DNA of 64,000 nucleotides from Lama glama (Eukaryota), in contig CM052832.1 in assembly GCA_028534125.1 (NCBI GenBank), positions 18,788,001 to 18,852,000 on the forward strand, given 5' to 3'. This document shows positions 1 to 12,817 of the stretch, piece by piece (position 1 is the first letter of the stretch; each line of letters opens with the position of its first letter). Below the pieces are notes generated by a model. It worked only from the letters and a program-made list of their open reading frames with translations. It made no database searches and was not told the origin of the DNA. A program made the position numbers and the translations under genes.

Positions 1-680
1 AAAGATATAAAGCCGTGCCTTCAAGCAGCTTCTCTTCTACTGGGAGGAGAGAGACTATATACAAATAAATAAGTAAGAATGAGGTGTGCCAGATGGTGAT
101 AAATATTACGGAGAAAAACATCGCAGGGAAAGAAAACAGTGATTGCTGCGTGGGGGTGGGGGAGGGGAGGGGGGTAGGTGACATTTTCAGTCTGGTGAGA
201 CCTCATTATGAAGTCATGTTGAAAAAGGTCCAAAAGAAGTGAAAGAATGAGCCGTCCCATTCTCATCTTAGACAAGAGTGGTCCAGGCAGAGGAAACAGC
301 AAAGGCAAACAGCATATTTCGGAGATGAGAATATGCCTGAGGTAACTGAAGGATAAAGAGGAGCTCACGTGACTTGGGGAGAGCAGGCGTGGGTGGGGTC
401 AGTGGGGGCTGTGAGATCTGCCACCCGGGGATTTTGAGCACAGGAGTGATGTGACCTGACATTTAAAATGATCTCTCTGACTGTCATGTTGAGAACAGAC
501 TGGAAGGTGGGTGAGAGGGCAAGGGGGTTAAAACAGGGAACCCAGCCGGGAGGCAAAACTGCAGTAATCTGCGAGAAAGATGATGACGGCTGGGACCAGA
601 GAGGTCAGAGGGAGCAGTCAGATGTGACCAGATTCAGGATACACTTTGATGATAGAGCACAAATGGACTTGTGGCTGGAG
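1..680 (-). mobile_element. LINE-2 (L2) 3' region fragment
   Basis: Purine-rich antisense L2 motifs (ccaggcagaggaaacagcaaaggcaaa; gattttgagcacaggagtgatgtgacctgac; attcaggatacactttga); truncated by the window start. Confidence 0.8.
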
Positions 681-947
681 TGAATTTGGATTACAAGAGA
701 TTAATTACTTTGCTAAAGGTAACAGTTTGGCTTGTACCCATGAAATAATTACATAACAATTCAAGACAGTACATGATACAGTGACCACTGGATTGGTCCA
801 AACACCTTTGGCTTCCTTTAATAATGTCCCATGTACATTTAAAATATAATAATACAAAGCCAGAGATTTTATTTGAATTCTAGAAAAGCAACTATGGGGA
901 AGAAGGGAAAGGGAATTTTCCTGTGCCTTTTTTCAGTTCCTCTAGAG

Positions 948-1148
948 CAGTACTGTGTCATAGAACCTTCTGGAAATGTTCTGTATCTGGACTTACCATA
1001 CAGTAGCCACCAGCCACATGTGGTTACTGAGCATTTAAAATGTGACTAATGTGACTGAGTACCTAAATTTTAACTTTATTTAATTTGAATTAATTTTTTA
1101 ATTCAAATAGCTATTTCTGGCTAATAGCCACTATACTGAACCATACAG
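948..1148 (+). mobile_element. MER3-like hAT-Charlie MITE
   Basis: tagaaccttctggaaatgttctgtatct...gtagccaccagccacatgtggttactgagcatttaaaatgtg...aaatagctatttctggctaatagccac resembles the recalled MER3 consensus. Confidence 0.8.
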
Positions 1149-1519
1149 ATCACCACACAGCAAAACCATTCCTGAACTATACATTACACTTTTTCTTATT
1201 GAAATTGAGTTAAAAGGATATATATAAAATATATCTGTAAAAGTATACATTCTCATTTTTTTATTACACCCTTCAGTTACCATCGAATTCTCTTATTTGA
1301 AAAGAAGCAGTAGATGGCTTGGTTTTAATCATTTTGAAACACACTTTCTTAGTTTTTGCAGGCAACTCTAACATCTTCTCAGCCATCAGTCTACCAATGA
1401 CATTCAAAATGTGATTTCCCTCCCTGATGAGTATTAAATGCTAACATTTTAAATGTCACATAAAAATAAAGATAGAAGATTCTTATTATAATTGAACTAC
1501 CCTCCTGCTCTAAATTCAA

Positions 1520-1630
1520 AGTACTTTATGATATCAGTTATCTCATTTTTCTTCCCCAAATGAATAAAAAGAGCTGATATTAGTATCACCATTTTTCAGT
1601 TGGGAAAATCAAGGCAGAGGGAGATTAAAG
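1520..1630 (-). mobile_element. MIR fragment
   Basis: ccatttttcagttgggaaaatcaaggcagagggagattaa is the antisense MIR core. Confidence 0.6.
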
Positions 1631-2385
1631 GCAGCCCATTGTAGAATGTAAGTCTATAGTTTTATTGGAAAGGAGCAGAAATTAGGAAGATATAAAAAGG
1701 GAAGTCAGTTGAAAAAAAAAAAAACTACATGTAGATTCTTGGTTGCCAAATTCAAATGAGCTGAGAACGGGTCTAGAAAATGCTGTCGGGATGAACAGGG
1801 TAGGTGTCAGTGTCCCCCCTTTGGGCCCTGAGTCTTAGACCTTCCATGTGCCTCAGCGGTGCACCTAAGACAAGATGCTGGCTCCACAACTGCGCGGTGA
1901 GGGGGATGCAGCGGTCAGGTGGGGGCGCGATGAGGGAGGTGGCCTCGGTATAATGATGCTGGCTTACTCATGAGCGAACCAGATTTCAAATGACAGGGCA
2001 ACATTCTTGAACAATCTCCTAACCCGACAGCTGGAGAATGAGCTTTCATTAATCTGGCTTTTGAAACACTCAGGCTAACCCCAGTTATATCACAAAATTG
2101 TATGACCCAAGAGATTAACAGGGCAATTCAATCAGTTTAGAGCTGACCTTAGAAGTTGTCAGTTCAATTCCTTCATTTTGAGAATGAGGATACTAAATCC
2201 CAGGAATACTGTCATCCTTGCAAAAGAACATAATTTTATTCATTTTGCAAGCAAGCCTGAGTTCCTATGTTACAGGTAACTGATATGGTCCTATGTCTCC
2301 CATAAATAGTTAAAAGAAGTCGACCACCCTTACTTTTTAACTCCAGTGTGTTTCTAGAAACTATAGGATTAGAGAATAATCAATG

Positions 2386-2545
2386 TTATATATTATATAC
2401 ATTTTATATATTATATATGACACTATATATAACATGCATATAATGTATATAATACGTTATATAATGTAATGTCATATATATTATATATATGATTATATAT
2501 GCAACATAATATACTATATTATATATGTAATATATATAACATAAT
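2386..2545. repeat. Degenerate (TA)n-rich low-complexity tract
   Basis: About 160 bp made almost entirely of tatat/ataat units. Confidence 0.9.
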
Positions 2546-3759
2546 TTCCCCCCATAGGAAGGATATTAAAATTGGTGACTGCATCCCTGAATAACATTCT
2601 TAAGTCTGAACTGAGTCATAATAATGTTATAAAAACAAAGATATAAGAAATCATTAAAATAATTCAAAATTGTTCGAGTATGTGTTAGTTCCTACTGAAT
2701 AAGCATAAATGTACAAATACATTAGAAATGGGGCCAAAAGTACTATTCAGTATCTAGAAAATGCATAAAATTAGAACTATGTATATCACAAATCTTAGAC
2801 TTTATGCTTCTTGGCATTTAGAAGGGGCTGCTAAGGATGGCTTGGTTAGCCTGGTCCTTTAGAATGCAGTCTGGGCAAGTCTGGACTGATGCTTTTTTTC
2901 AGTGAGCAGAGACATTCCAAAGTCCCAGCCTCTTCCACCACCTTAGTGATAATACAACATGCTATATATAGGCAGGGGCTTTATACACGTTTCCAGATGA
3001 CAATGAAGATGCGGGTGGTGATGGCATTTTAAATGCTCAAGAGGAGTAAGGCCAGTCCTGCTTACTACAGGTTGCCTGCCCAGAAGGCTGCCAGCTGTGT
3101 TGGCATCACTTTGCTTATTACTCTGATAGCCACTGTTAGAGAAAAACACACTTCCTTCATAAGTGATTGGTTTTAATTCCCCAGATTTAAGTTTGTAAAG
3201 GAGCTTCAAGATATGAGTCCAAAAAATTCCCCATTTCAATCTTGGGGGGAAAAATTGGCCAATACCATTAAGTACAGCCAGGGGCAGGGACATAATCTAT
3301 GTAAAGCATTTAAGAATAAAGGGGGTGAGTCAAAATTCCATCATTATACTTAAAATGTCTTTTTGATTCCCTGAGAAACCCTTCATGGCAGGAAGACTGA
3401 TTCCAATTCTTCCAAAGACACGCAGGAAGGAAAAGCTTCCAAGAAGATGCATGTTGGTCTAACACAGAGAGAACCTAAAGCCATCAGACAGGGCACAGGG
3501 AGAGCCAGCGACGAGGGACTTCAGCTTACAGGCTTGAGGTCTTTTCGCAGGAAGTGCTAAAGTGAGTTCACTGTAGACTGTGCTAAATTAACATGATTTA
3601 CATGTAGACTTTAAAGTGAAGAACTAAAGACAGGGAGAAACAGAAGATAAAAACAGAAATGGAAGTCACACAGACATACCACATGAGTTCTGCACGTCAG
3701 ACCATTCCTACAAACATAATTCTGTAGGAATTATGATGTGACATGTTTCTCAAGTCGGA

Positions 3760-3961
3760 TGTGCCTGAGCCAGCTCTACTGCTTACTGGCCGTGTCTTGG
3801 GCAAATTATCTAATCTCCCTACACCTCACATCCTCAACTGTAAACAGATACAATGCAGTATCCACTTCCCATGCAAGTTGGGAAGAGCAAATGGGATGAT
3901 GTGCTAAAAGCTTCTCAGCACAGAGCCTAGCCAACAGTAACAATTCAGTAAATAGTAGCTG
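3760..3961 (+). mobile_element. MIR
   Basis: ttgggcaaattatctaatctc...cctcacatcctcaactgtaaa...cagcacagagcctagc...cagtaaatagtagct follows MIR core-to-tail order. Confidence 0.8.
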
Positions 3962-4744
3962 TCTCATGAGAATAACAACAGTAATCACGGTCCAAAAAGT
4001 AATAATAGCTCTCTGAAAGCCCACGCTAAGCAATTTTTTAATTCCCATAACAGACCAATAAAGCAACTGAAATTGGAAATAAAATGTCTTCCAGGCATAA
4101 TTTGGTTTACGAGTTCTCTAACGATCACATGAAGGAACAGGTTCCATCCAAACCACCCCTACACATTCACTGGTGTTATTTTCAAAGCTAGTAAATTAAC
4201 AGAATTTTTGTTTTCCACTCATGAGAAGTCAGCCTGGTATATCTTCTGAATGTTTCAAGACAAGCTTGAGATCTGGTTTTAATACCTCTGACGTTTTTAT
4301 AAAACTTGCCAATTTGCAACCTTTTTCAGAAATCTGACTCACACCCAGTCACCAAATACACTCCCATCCCCAATAGAAGGTGGCCATTCAGGTCTCCCAT
4401 CGGCATCCCTGGTCAAAGGGTCCAAGACTGTTGAGGGTCTTCTCTGATGCACGGGCAGGTTTACATCCACATCCCAGCAGGGCATGAAGACAGGTAGCTC
4501 AGCATCCTTTGTTAGTAGGTGCACGTGGAGCAAAAGCCCCAGTAGCCAGGCAGCCCCTGATGTCCGCGTTACACCTGCACAAGCAGGGAACCCAGGTTTG
4601 GTCTAACCACAAACACCGTCCTTTCATTGTGGACCACTCAGGTAAATATCCAAAAGTATCCTTCAGATACTTATCAAAAGATAATGCCTTCTCCCAACAC
4701 AACTACTCTTCCTCTTATGAACTGTGGGGAGGAAGAAAGGAAGG

Positions 4745-4945
4745 CAGCTATTTTTGAAGTCTGCTATAAGCCAGGAATGGGGAAGCACTTTTATTGCATC
4801 TAACCCTGTCAGAAGTTACCCCAGTCCTCATGTTACGGACAAGGAAATCTAGACTGAGAGGTTTAATTTAACTTGCCCCAGTGACACTGAAAGGAGCTAG
4901 AATCGGAACCCACATTCATCAGTGTCTCCACCATGTACCCAGCAG
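4745..4945 (-). mobile_element. MIR
   Basis: catgttacggacaaggaaatctagactgagaggtttaatttaacttgcccc is the antisense MIR core. Confidence 0.65.
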
Positions 4946-7900
4946 CCCCCTGGCGGTGAGTCTCCCACTCTCAGTGCTCTCATCACCATCGCAAACCAAA
5001 GCTGGGGGGCTTGAACCACGGGTTCCCTTATTTACTCCTCAGAGCCTTCTCATGTCGAGCAATAATTTATATGCACCCCAAAGAGCTTGTCTACATCACA
5101 TCGCACTTAGCACAGTCTCTGGCAGAAAGGAGGCACGTGCCTGATCTAAATCTCCCCTCAAATAACCTGACTACGGCAAAGCCTGTGTCCTCTGCATGTG
5201 ACTGTCACATAAATGAGCCTCCCTAAAGTCAAGCTTTCAAAAACCAGTCTCTTTCCACTAAATAATTGGCTCGCCAGTAATTAAAAGATGCACCAGTCTA
5301 TCAGCACAAGCAGTTCCCATTAAGGAAAGGATTAACTCAAATTAAGGACACTACTGACATTTCAATTCTACGTAAAGAGACCTTTGGAGGAGGGAACATG
5401 CATTATTTTAACATACAGGCGATTTCTCTATTTGTGTGCTTTCATGACTCAAGATGTTCCTTTGCCGCTGGGTCACTTAAGAGGTGTGTCGTGGCTGTGA
5501 ATTCTGAGCACAAATGAATTATCCTGAGTGGAGAGCTCCTGGAAGAACAGGTCCTAGTCATGAATATCACTGGGTCTCACTGTTAGAGACGCGAAGTTCC
5601 ACCCATATCAGAAAAAATATGATAACTGTCTTGTGCATGAATCTGTAAGCAGTTCTTCCTCCAGCCATGCCTCCCCTGCAGTAACCCAATATTCAGAGAC
5701 GTGACCTCTTTCCTGATGGCTTAGAAAATGAATTCTTTTCCTCCCAACATTAAGTCATCCAAACTGGCACTAACCGGCATTAACTGACCATCCAGGAAAA
5801 GGTGTTAACATCTCTCCCCAAACCCTCCTCCACGCAGCTATGCGAATAAAAGGAAATCAACCTGAATTAACTTCAAATGTGTATATATGTTTAAAGCAAG
5901 TGTATCAGCCTAATGTGAAGTGCCTAAAATTAAGATTTCTAATTTTATGGATTCTCTGGGAAACCACAGCTAGGTGAGAGAAGGCCTAAGAATATTAGGT
6001 GGAAAAGAGATAATGGCCCAGCCCCAAAACACTAGCGAGAAACAAACCACCCTCTACCCAGGTAAGCAGCATTTCTCTGAGCCACCCGGTGAACACCAAG
6101 CTGTGCCCTTGACAGAGGACCACAGGGGTGTCTGAAAATGGCCTCTCCACAGGGTACTGTGGTGACCAATGCCTCTGTGATAACCAGCAGCAAAAGTACA
6201 CATAAAAATGACCCTTGTTGGCTGGCAGTTTCAGCTGCAACTTTCATCACTTACTTTCTGCATTTTTAGACTCATCATTCACCCCTACCCACACTCAGAA
6301 CATCCCCCATTCCTTTTCAGTGCTTGCCCCCCAATCCGCTGCCATTTCCCCAAAGCATTCAGATGTCTGTTCTGACCACTTACTTGATGATGCTCTCTTG
6401 AGATGAACTTTGGCCTGTCAGCCTGCGTTCCCCTTTTAGACACCACACATCACAGTGTGGCAACCCACCTTCTATGACAGTTTAACCACCAGGCATTTGT
6501 TTCTGCAGAGATGTGAAGGTAACAATAATTGGGGGGTGTGGGGAGGAAGCTAGAAAGAAATTTAAGACTGTAAACATGCCTGCAAACCCTTTTCTGGACT
6601 GTTCGCTCCTTGAGGGCAGGACCAGGCCTTAATCATCTTTACCTGGGTCTCCCACTTCCCCAAAAGTATCTGCTGAATGACAACTTCTCCAATGAAGGCT
6701 CCTTCACGGGCGGGCTATTTACATGGAAACTATTCATCGGCTAGGGACAGGAGAGCTTAAACTAAATGGCTCCACGGGGTGAAGAAAATACCGGACTGGA
6801 AGTCATTCACAAACTATTCCATGTCAGGTGAGCCACTGAGCCTCACTGAACTCACTCCCTCATCTCTGCAGAGAATGACAAAGACCACTTCTAAGGGACC
6901 ATGTGGCCCCATCATTCCATGCTTTTAGGTTAAGGAAGAACTTCCTTTAGCCTCCTGTTGAAACGAACAAAAAAACCAGACTAAGTTACTGTGAGTTAGT
7001 GAACCCATCTAAAGACTAAGATATGATATTTACTCATTTTCCTGGATGCCCTTTGCCCCCAGGGCTTTAGGAAGCAAGGACATGGGTCACTGATCCTGGA
7101 AGACCTCTTTCTTTTGGTTCTGTAGTTCTCTGACCAAGAGAGGATTTTTCAAAACAATGTTATAATCCTACAATGAAGTTGTTTATAATGCTGTGGCTTT
7201 TATGAAAGAGACAGTTTCTTTAAAAAAAAAAAAAAGGCAGAGCAATTTTAATTTTTCCTAGAAAGAAATGGGGCAAGTCCTCCAGGCGATGCTGTCAAAA
7301 TAAATCTGCTCAGTTTTTTCACCAAAAGCCTGCACACCCTGAAGGGGATGAATCTGAAATAACGAAAAGCTGGAGTGTCACCCTTCAGTTAAGAAATAAC
7401 CACAGCACAGGAAAGACTCTGGGAGGAGGGTGAGGCACGGAATCATATTTAGAATTTGTGACATATGGAAGTCACAAGGACCCCCACGGTCAAAGGAGCC
7501 GTCTAGGAGAACAAGTCATCAGGACAGCACAAACAGTGGGGCTGCATCACCCTGCTGGGCTGCATCTACCTTTGTAGATGTCTCACCTCAACAAGAGGAA
7601 AACTGCAATTTTCTGACTTCCTCCATCCTCTATATAAAATTCTCATCTGAAGCAGTAACTTCAGAGGAATGCTAATAAGGATGACTTGCAACACTCTAGA
7701 TTACTGATTCAAAACAGCAAACAAGATAGGAGTGATTATGGAAGAGTTTCTCAAAATAATATTTACTTCTATATAAATAAAAATACATCTTGAAATCCTT
7801 TAACAGGAAAAAGAAATGAAAACACAACTGCAACTCCTCTTATCTTCTACGAGAAGAGACATCCTTCAGTGAACAATCTTATTCAGAGATATTGATCAAA

Positions 7901-8934
7901 GAATGGTCCCACAGAGGATCAACTGAAAATGGTTTAACCTGGATTTTTTTTTAATTTAATTTAAAAAGCCCTATCCCACCAAAAGAAGCCAATGAGCCTG
8001 GATCGGGAAGTTTCTCAGTTTTCAGTGGTGCTAAACGTTTATCACAGAGGATGCTTCTGTTGTTCATATAAAAATTCTTCACTCTGTCATTCAACCAATG
8101 TTGATCAATGGTGTCATGGTGGCCCTTTATTTCTACATCCTGTACGCCCTCCGTAATGAGTTCCTCGCCCCATTCCTGCCACAACACTGTGTATTCTTAA
8201 TGCAATGGGCTTAGGGGCAGCAATTGCAGAGAAATCTGTCTACCTACTCACACTGATGTGAGCCACCTGAGCGGGGCTCATGGCCCTTGTTGAGGTTCTA
8301 ATGTGCACTTTTTGTGATGTGCTGGTAAATTTCAATAAAAATGTAGAAAAAGAGATAAGGCAAAAATATTGAAGGTATAATTTTTTTCTGCTGATAAGAG
8401 GCCTTGGGAAGTGTAATTAGACACACTTTACCATACCATTAATCAGAATATGTTTTATGATTAAAGTAAATAATCCTTGGCTACACTTCCTCCAAATTAT
8501 TTTCCTCTGCTAAGGCAAAAGATAATAAATCTGTAAATAGTAAGACACTTTCAAATAGACAGTGTTCATCTGCTGGAATTCTTTACCCTATCACCAATAC
8601 CCCGCCAAAAAGCAACTATTTATGTGTAAAGGTTTCTTTGAAGTAAAATTAGATACATAATATAAATTTCCTCTACTGAAACCCTCCATTTCTAACTATT
8701 CCAGTAACATTGTTTATAATAAAACATTGATCCTTTCAACAACCTATGGTGGCTTTGTCCATTAGATTGGCTCGCGGGGAGACCAAGACTTCATCACCCA
8801 CAAGACCCCAGTTCTTGGCACAGCAGCTGCCAACTAGCAGCTTCAAACAAATGCTGAAGTTACTTTTCGTAATCATAAATGGTATCTCAATTTTTTCCCA
8901 TTAATTCTACTGATTTAAAAAATGTTTTCAACCT

Positions 8935-9120
8935 AGCCTAACCAGATTCCTCATTTGTCCTTTACTAGTTGTATGACTCGGGGCAGATCATTTCCTCTCT
9001 CTGGGTCTCAGTTTCCTCTTCCATAGGATGGAGATGAATTATAGCTCTTGTGTACCAGCATCATTATGAACATTACATGGGTTAATAATGCAGTACCTTG
9101 TGCCAATACTATGTCATCAT
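8935..9120 (+). mobile_element. MIR
   Basis: ttactagttgtatgactcggggcagatcatttcctctctctgggtctcagtttcctc is the MIR core. Confidence 0.8.
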
Positions 9121-9249
9121 CATTATTACCTTCATTACCACTGTCGGGAAGATGGACAGAACCATGGTAGGAAGGGCTCCATCTCCCAGAGATAATACCT
9201 TCCATGAGTCTTTCTCTGTGAATACAAGTTCATTAACCCTGGATAATAA

Positions 9250-9365
9250 TAGACAGGGACGGATATGCAACAGAGTAAAATGTAAATGGTAGAAACAAGA
9301 TGGTGGGTGTTCACTGGAACATTCTTTCAACTTCTCTGTATGTTTGGAAAATTTCATAATAAAAT
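9250..9365 (+). mobile_element. Old L1M (L1ME-like) extreme 3' end
   Basis: gggtgttcactggaacattctttcaacttctctgtatgtttggaaaatttcataataaaat is a typical L1ME terminus with AATAAA. Confidence 0.7.
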
Positions 9366-10040
9366 GGAGAAATAACTGGATAGGGGAAGAATTATGTGAA
9401 AAAAAAAGGGGGGGACATTAGCATGGCAGATCAGTCATTCTACCTCGCCCCAAAAAAGTACTCATCAAAACAACGAGAGCACACTACCAGTCACGATCTT
9501 TACAGAAGTCTCACCTACTGTGTTCTATCATTCTGACTTCAAGTCTGAGACCTACCTAGAAGGCACCTAGTGCAGGAATCATTTCCATTTCAGAGATTCA
9601 AAAGCAAGAGTAGACAGAAAGACCTGCCTGGGAATCATATGGTTAAATATCATCACAGAGAATTAAATGTAGTTCTGCCACCTCCTTCCTCCTGCCTGAA
9701 TTATTCTACTACTATTTGATGCTCTCTTGATGGAAAAAACCTCTTTCTTCTTCACCACTGTGTCTCCAGTACAAGTCTTAACACAGAGCAGGCACACAAA
9801 GATTGGTGAATGAATGGGATGACGGGGGGGGGGGGTGGCAGAGGGACAAGAAGGAGGAAAGGAAGAAGGATGAAAACATTATTTTTTGTTTCACTCACTG
9901 TATTCAAACTCTACATACTAAGATGACTAGAAGGAGAAGCAGTAGTTTTATCAAAATTGCATAATATTTTCTGATGATAAAAGTCATTTTCATTAAAATT
10001 ATATACTATTTTCTGATTATGACAGTAACACATATTTATT

Positions 10041-10084
10041 ACAGACAACTATATTATTTCTTATAGACAACTGTATTATTTCTT
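10041..10084 (+). repeat. 22-bp tandem duplication
   Basis: acagacaactatattatttctt followed directly by atagacaactgtattatttctt (2 mismatches). Confidence 0.9.
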
Positions 10085-10224
10085 ACCAAAAACCTAAGTT
10101 ATTTCCTACATGTGGATAATAGTAACCATTTTTTCCCCTCAAGAAAGCCTTGCGGTTTTCCAAATGTACCTAGCCATGACACACAGTCAAATGAAAGGTG
10201 AAACTTCCAGTCACACAGCTCTGA

Positions 10225-10640
10225 GCCACCCTGCGGACTCGCGTCCAGGCAGACGCCAAGCAGGACGGTGAGAGGTTTGCAGAACATGTCATACAAGGCA
10301 GAGCTGGCAGAAGCAGACCTACTTAGCTTAAAGGAGAAAAGACACAGGAATGACAGGAAGAGTCCTCAAAGATTGACAGAGCTGCCTAGCAGAGGGAGCA
10401 ACCTTGTTTTCTGTGAGCCAACTAGGACCAAGGTGTAAACATCAAAGGAAGAAACATTTTAGCTTCATATTAAAAAAACAAACAAAATAAAATAAAACAA
10501 AGTATCAATTAGAGGTTGTGAAAAGAAATGAACTCTTTTAGAAGTTCTCTCACCATCCACAGCCTTGTGAAGAATGTGTGCAGGGTTAAACCAGGTCCCC
10601 TCAAAAGTCCTGTCCAACTCCAATACCCCGGGATTCTAGA
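10225..10640 (+). mobile_element. L3/CR1 LINE 3' fragment
   Basis: gcgtccagg...caggacggtgagaggtttgcagaacatgtcatacaagg...ttagcttaaaggagaaaagac...aactaggaccaa...gtcctgtccaactc parallels the recalled L3 3' end. Confidence 0.75.
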
Positions 10641-11016
10641 TCCCATATCTGCCTACATGACGGGTGTCATACAGACCAGGGTTAGCAATATATGACACGT
10701 GGCAAAATGCCACCGTACAAAATGTGATGTCACACACACACACTGCCTAGGATGAATCACCAATATTCATAAAACTAGAATTACGTAGTTAGAACTAATT
10801 TCCAACTCTATTATTGAGTCTCTCTCAGAGACTTTGGAAGAAGGACATGATACTTCAGGGACAGATGTTTTAGTTCAAGTTATGATGCCCAAAATTGAAG
10901 GGCAACATGATTTTTTTTAAATTGCTCAGCTATCCCAAACTCCTGATTCTGTACTAACAATGAGACCTGGGGCACGTCATTGCATCTGCAGGGATGTCAG
11001 TGCCCCAGAGAACTTG

Positions 11017-11227
11017 GACTGCTGTTCAGTATGGTAGCCACTTGCTACACGTTCCTTTTGGAGCCTTTGCGATGTGGCTAGTGCAACAGAAATTTTTAAC
11101 TTAAATATAATTTTAATTATATCTCATTGTAATTTATTACTATACAAATTATAATTGCAATTTATTTAAGTCATTAAATTCAAACAGCCACACGTCACTA
11201 AATGGCTATTGTACTGAACAGTAAAGC
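11017..11227 (+). mobile_element. MER3-like hAT-Charlie MITE
   Basis: gctgttcagtatggtagccacttgctacac...gatgtggctagtgcaac...aaacagccacacg...ggctattgtactgaacag; terminal inverted similarity ctgttcagta / tactgaacag. Confidence 0.75.
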
Positions 11228-12817
11228 TCTAATGATTCCTTAAAACTCTTGAGGGAGAGAGTGAATTCAAGATCAGATTCATTCAACCCAACATCTTGTG
11301 TAAGATCTCAATACCACAGAGGCAGCTGTGAGAGAAAGAAGAGGGAGGAAATTCTGAGATCCAGCAGCAGAAGATGACTAGGGCTCCTGCCAACTATTGA
11401 CTAGCCAGTGATCATCCCCCCGAGATCCTGGGAGAGAAAGCCCAGGAGTCCTTTATCCTTTGATGTCCGGAGTTGAGTTCCATATTCAAGTAAGGTAGTG
11501 TAATTACCAAAGTTCTCCAAATGAATGACCTGCGAAGTGCAATGCCCTATTGGTGGGAAATACCACCAGCCAGTAGTACCACCAGCCACCAGCCCGTAAT
11601 AAGAAGACATTAGTGAATTATAAGTGAAATAGTTGCAAGTAATAGTGAATAATTAGTGAATATCATTGAAATGTAAAGTTCACTGCAGAGTACCAACCGC
11701 TAGCTCTAAATATCTCTTATAAAGTATACCATCAGATTTATTTTATCTGCTTGTTTCAAATCAAATTATACAACCAACCATAAAAGCCCTTTCTCATCTA
11801 TGAAAACATGCAAATCATAAAAGCCAAAAATTATGACTTTCTAAAGAGTTGGCTAGGTTGTTTCTTTAAGAAGTGTAAAGAGTCTAGAAAAATCCCTTTT
11901 AAAAAATTGCCAGATAATGTTAATAAGAGGCTTATTCCAGAGCTTTAGGAGAAACTTGGAGACAAACCTACTAACATACATTATTAATATTAACCATTAC
12001 AGCACTGGAAACAGACCTCAAAAAAGCAAATTTGAAGGGACAGGGAACTAAATCACAAAAACTACTTTTAGAAAAAAGTTCACAGCATATCTAGGAAATA
12101 ATGATTATTATTATTATCATTGTCATCATTATTATTATAGTACTCTACTTTTGCAATATTTATACATTTTTTTTAAAGTAGGTAATGGCTACCAGGAAAA
12201 TTTTTACAATTTACAAACCAATCATCTGTTTAACAACTGACTGGACTGCTTTCTAGCCTATAACACAACACCACTGGCTAGTCCCCACAGAAGAAATTCT
12301 CTTATGCAGAAAACTCAGATCCCTGCTTGCTGATTCTAATTCCTAAACTGCATTCTGCTGATACTGCATACCGCTCGTAATTATCATGAGTCCTACATTC
12401 AGAGAACAAGGCAGACGAAACATCACTGCTGCTGCCCATGCCAGCATTAGCTTGCCTTTCCCTGCTTAATTGGCTCTGATCACTGGGCAGACACTGAACT
12501 CACTGCCTTTTTCTTTTCACATGCTGACTCAAGAGTTCCCAGCACCAACTAGTATTCATGTTTCAGAGTGTCTAGAATAAAAAACACTGATATTCCACTC
12601 CAGCAATTACTCCATTTTAGACTTTAAAGAAAAGTGATCAATTACTTCCAATCTGACTTCAGCAGTTAGCATTTTTTAGAAACTTGACTTAAAGATAACT
12701 TGAAATTATACATATAATATTATACACACACACATATAGTGGACAGTACCATAATTTTAAAAAATTTAATGGAAGGCTAAAGGAAGGGCAGATTCTTTTA
12801 GAGTTGCCCATAGACCT

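Noticed and set aside
11570..11665. Short repeats taccaccagcca and tagtgaat considered as a spaced array
   Set aside because: Only 2-3 irregular copies with no constant repeat-spacer period. This is slippage, not CRISPR-like.
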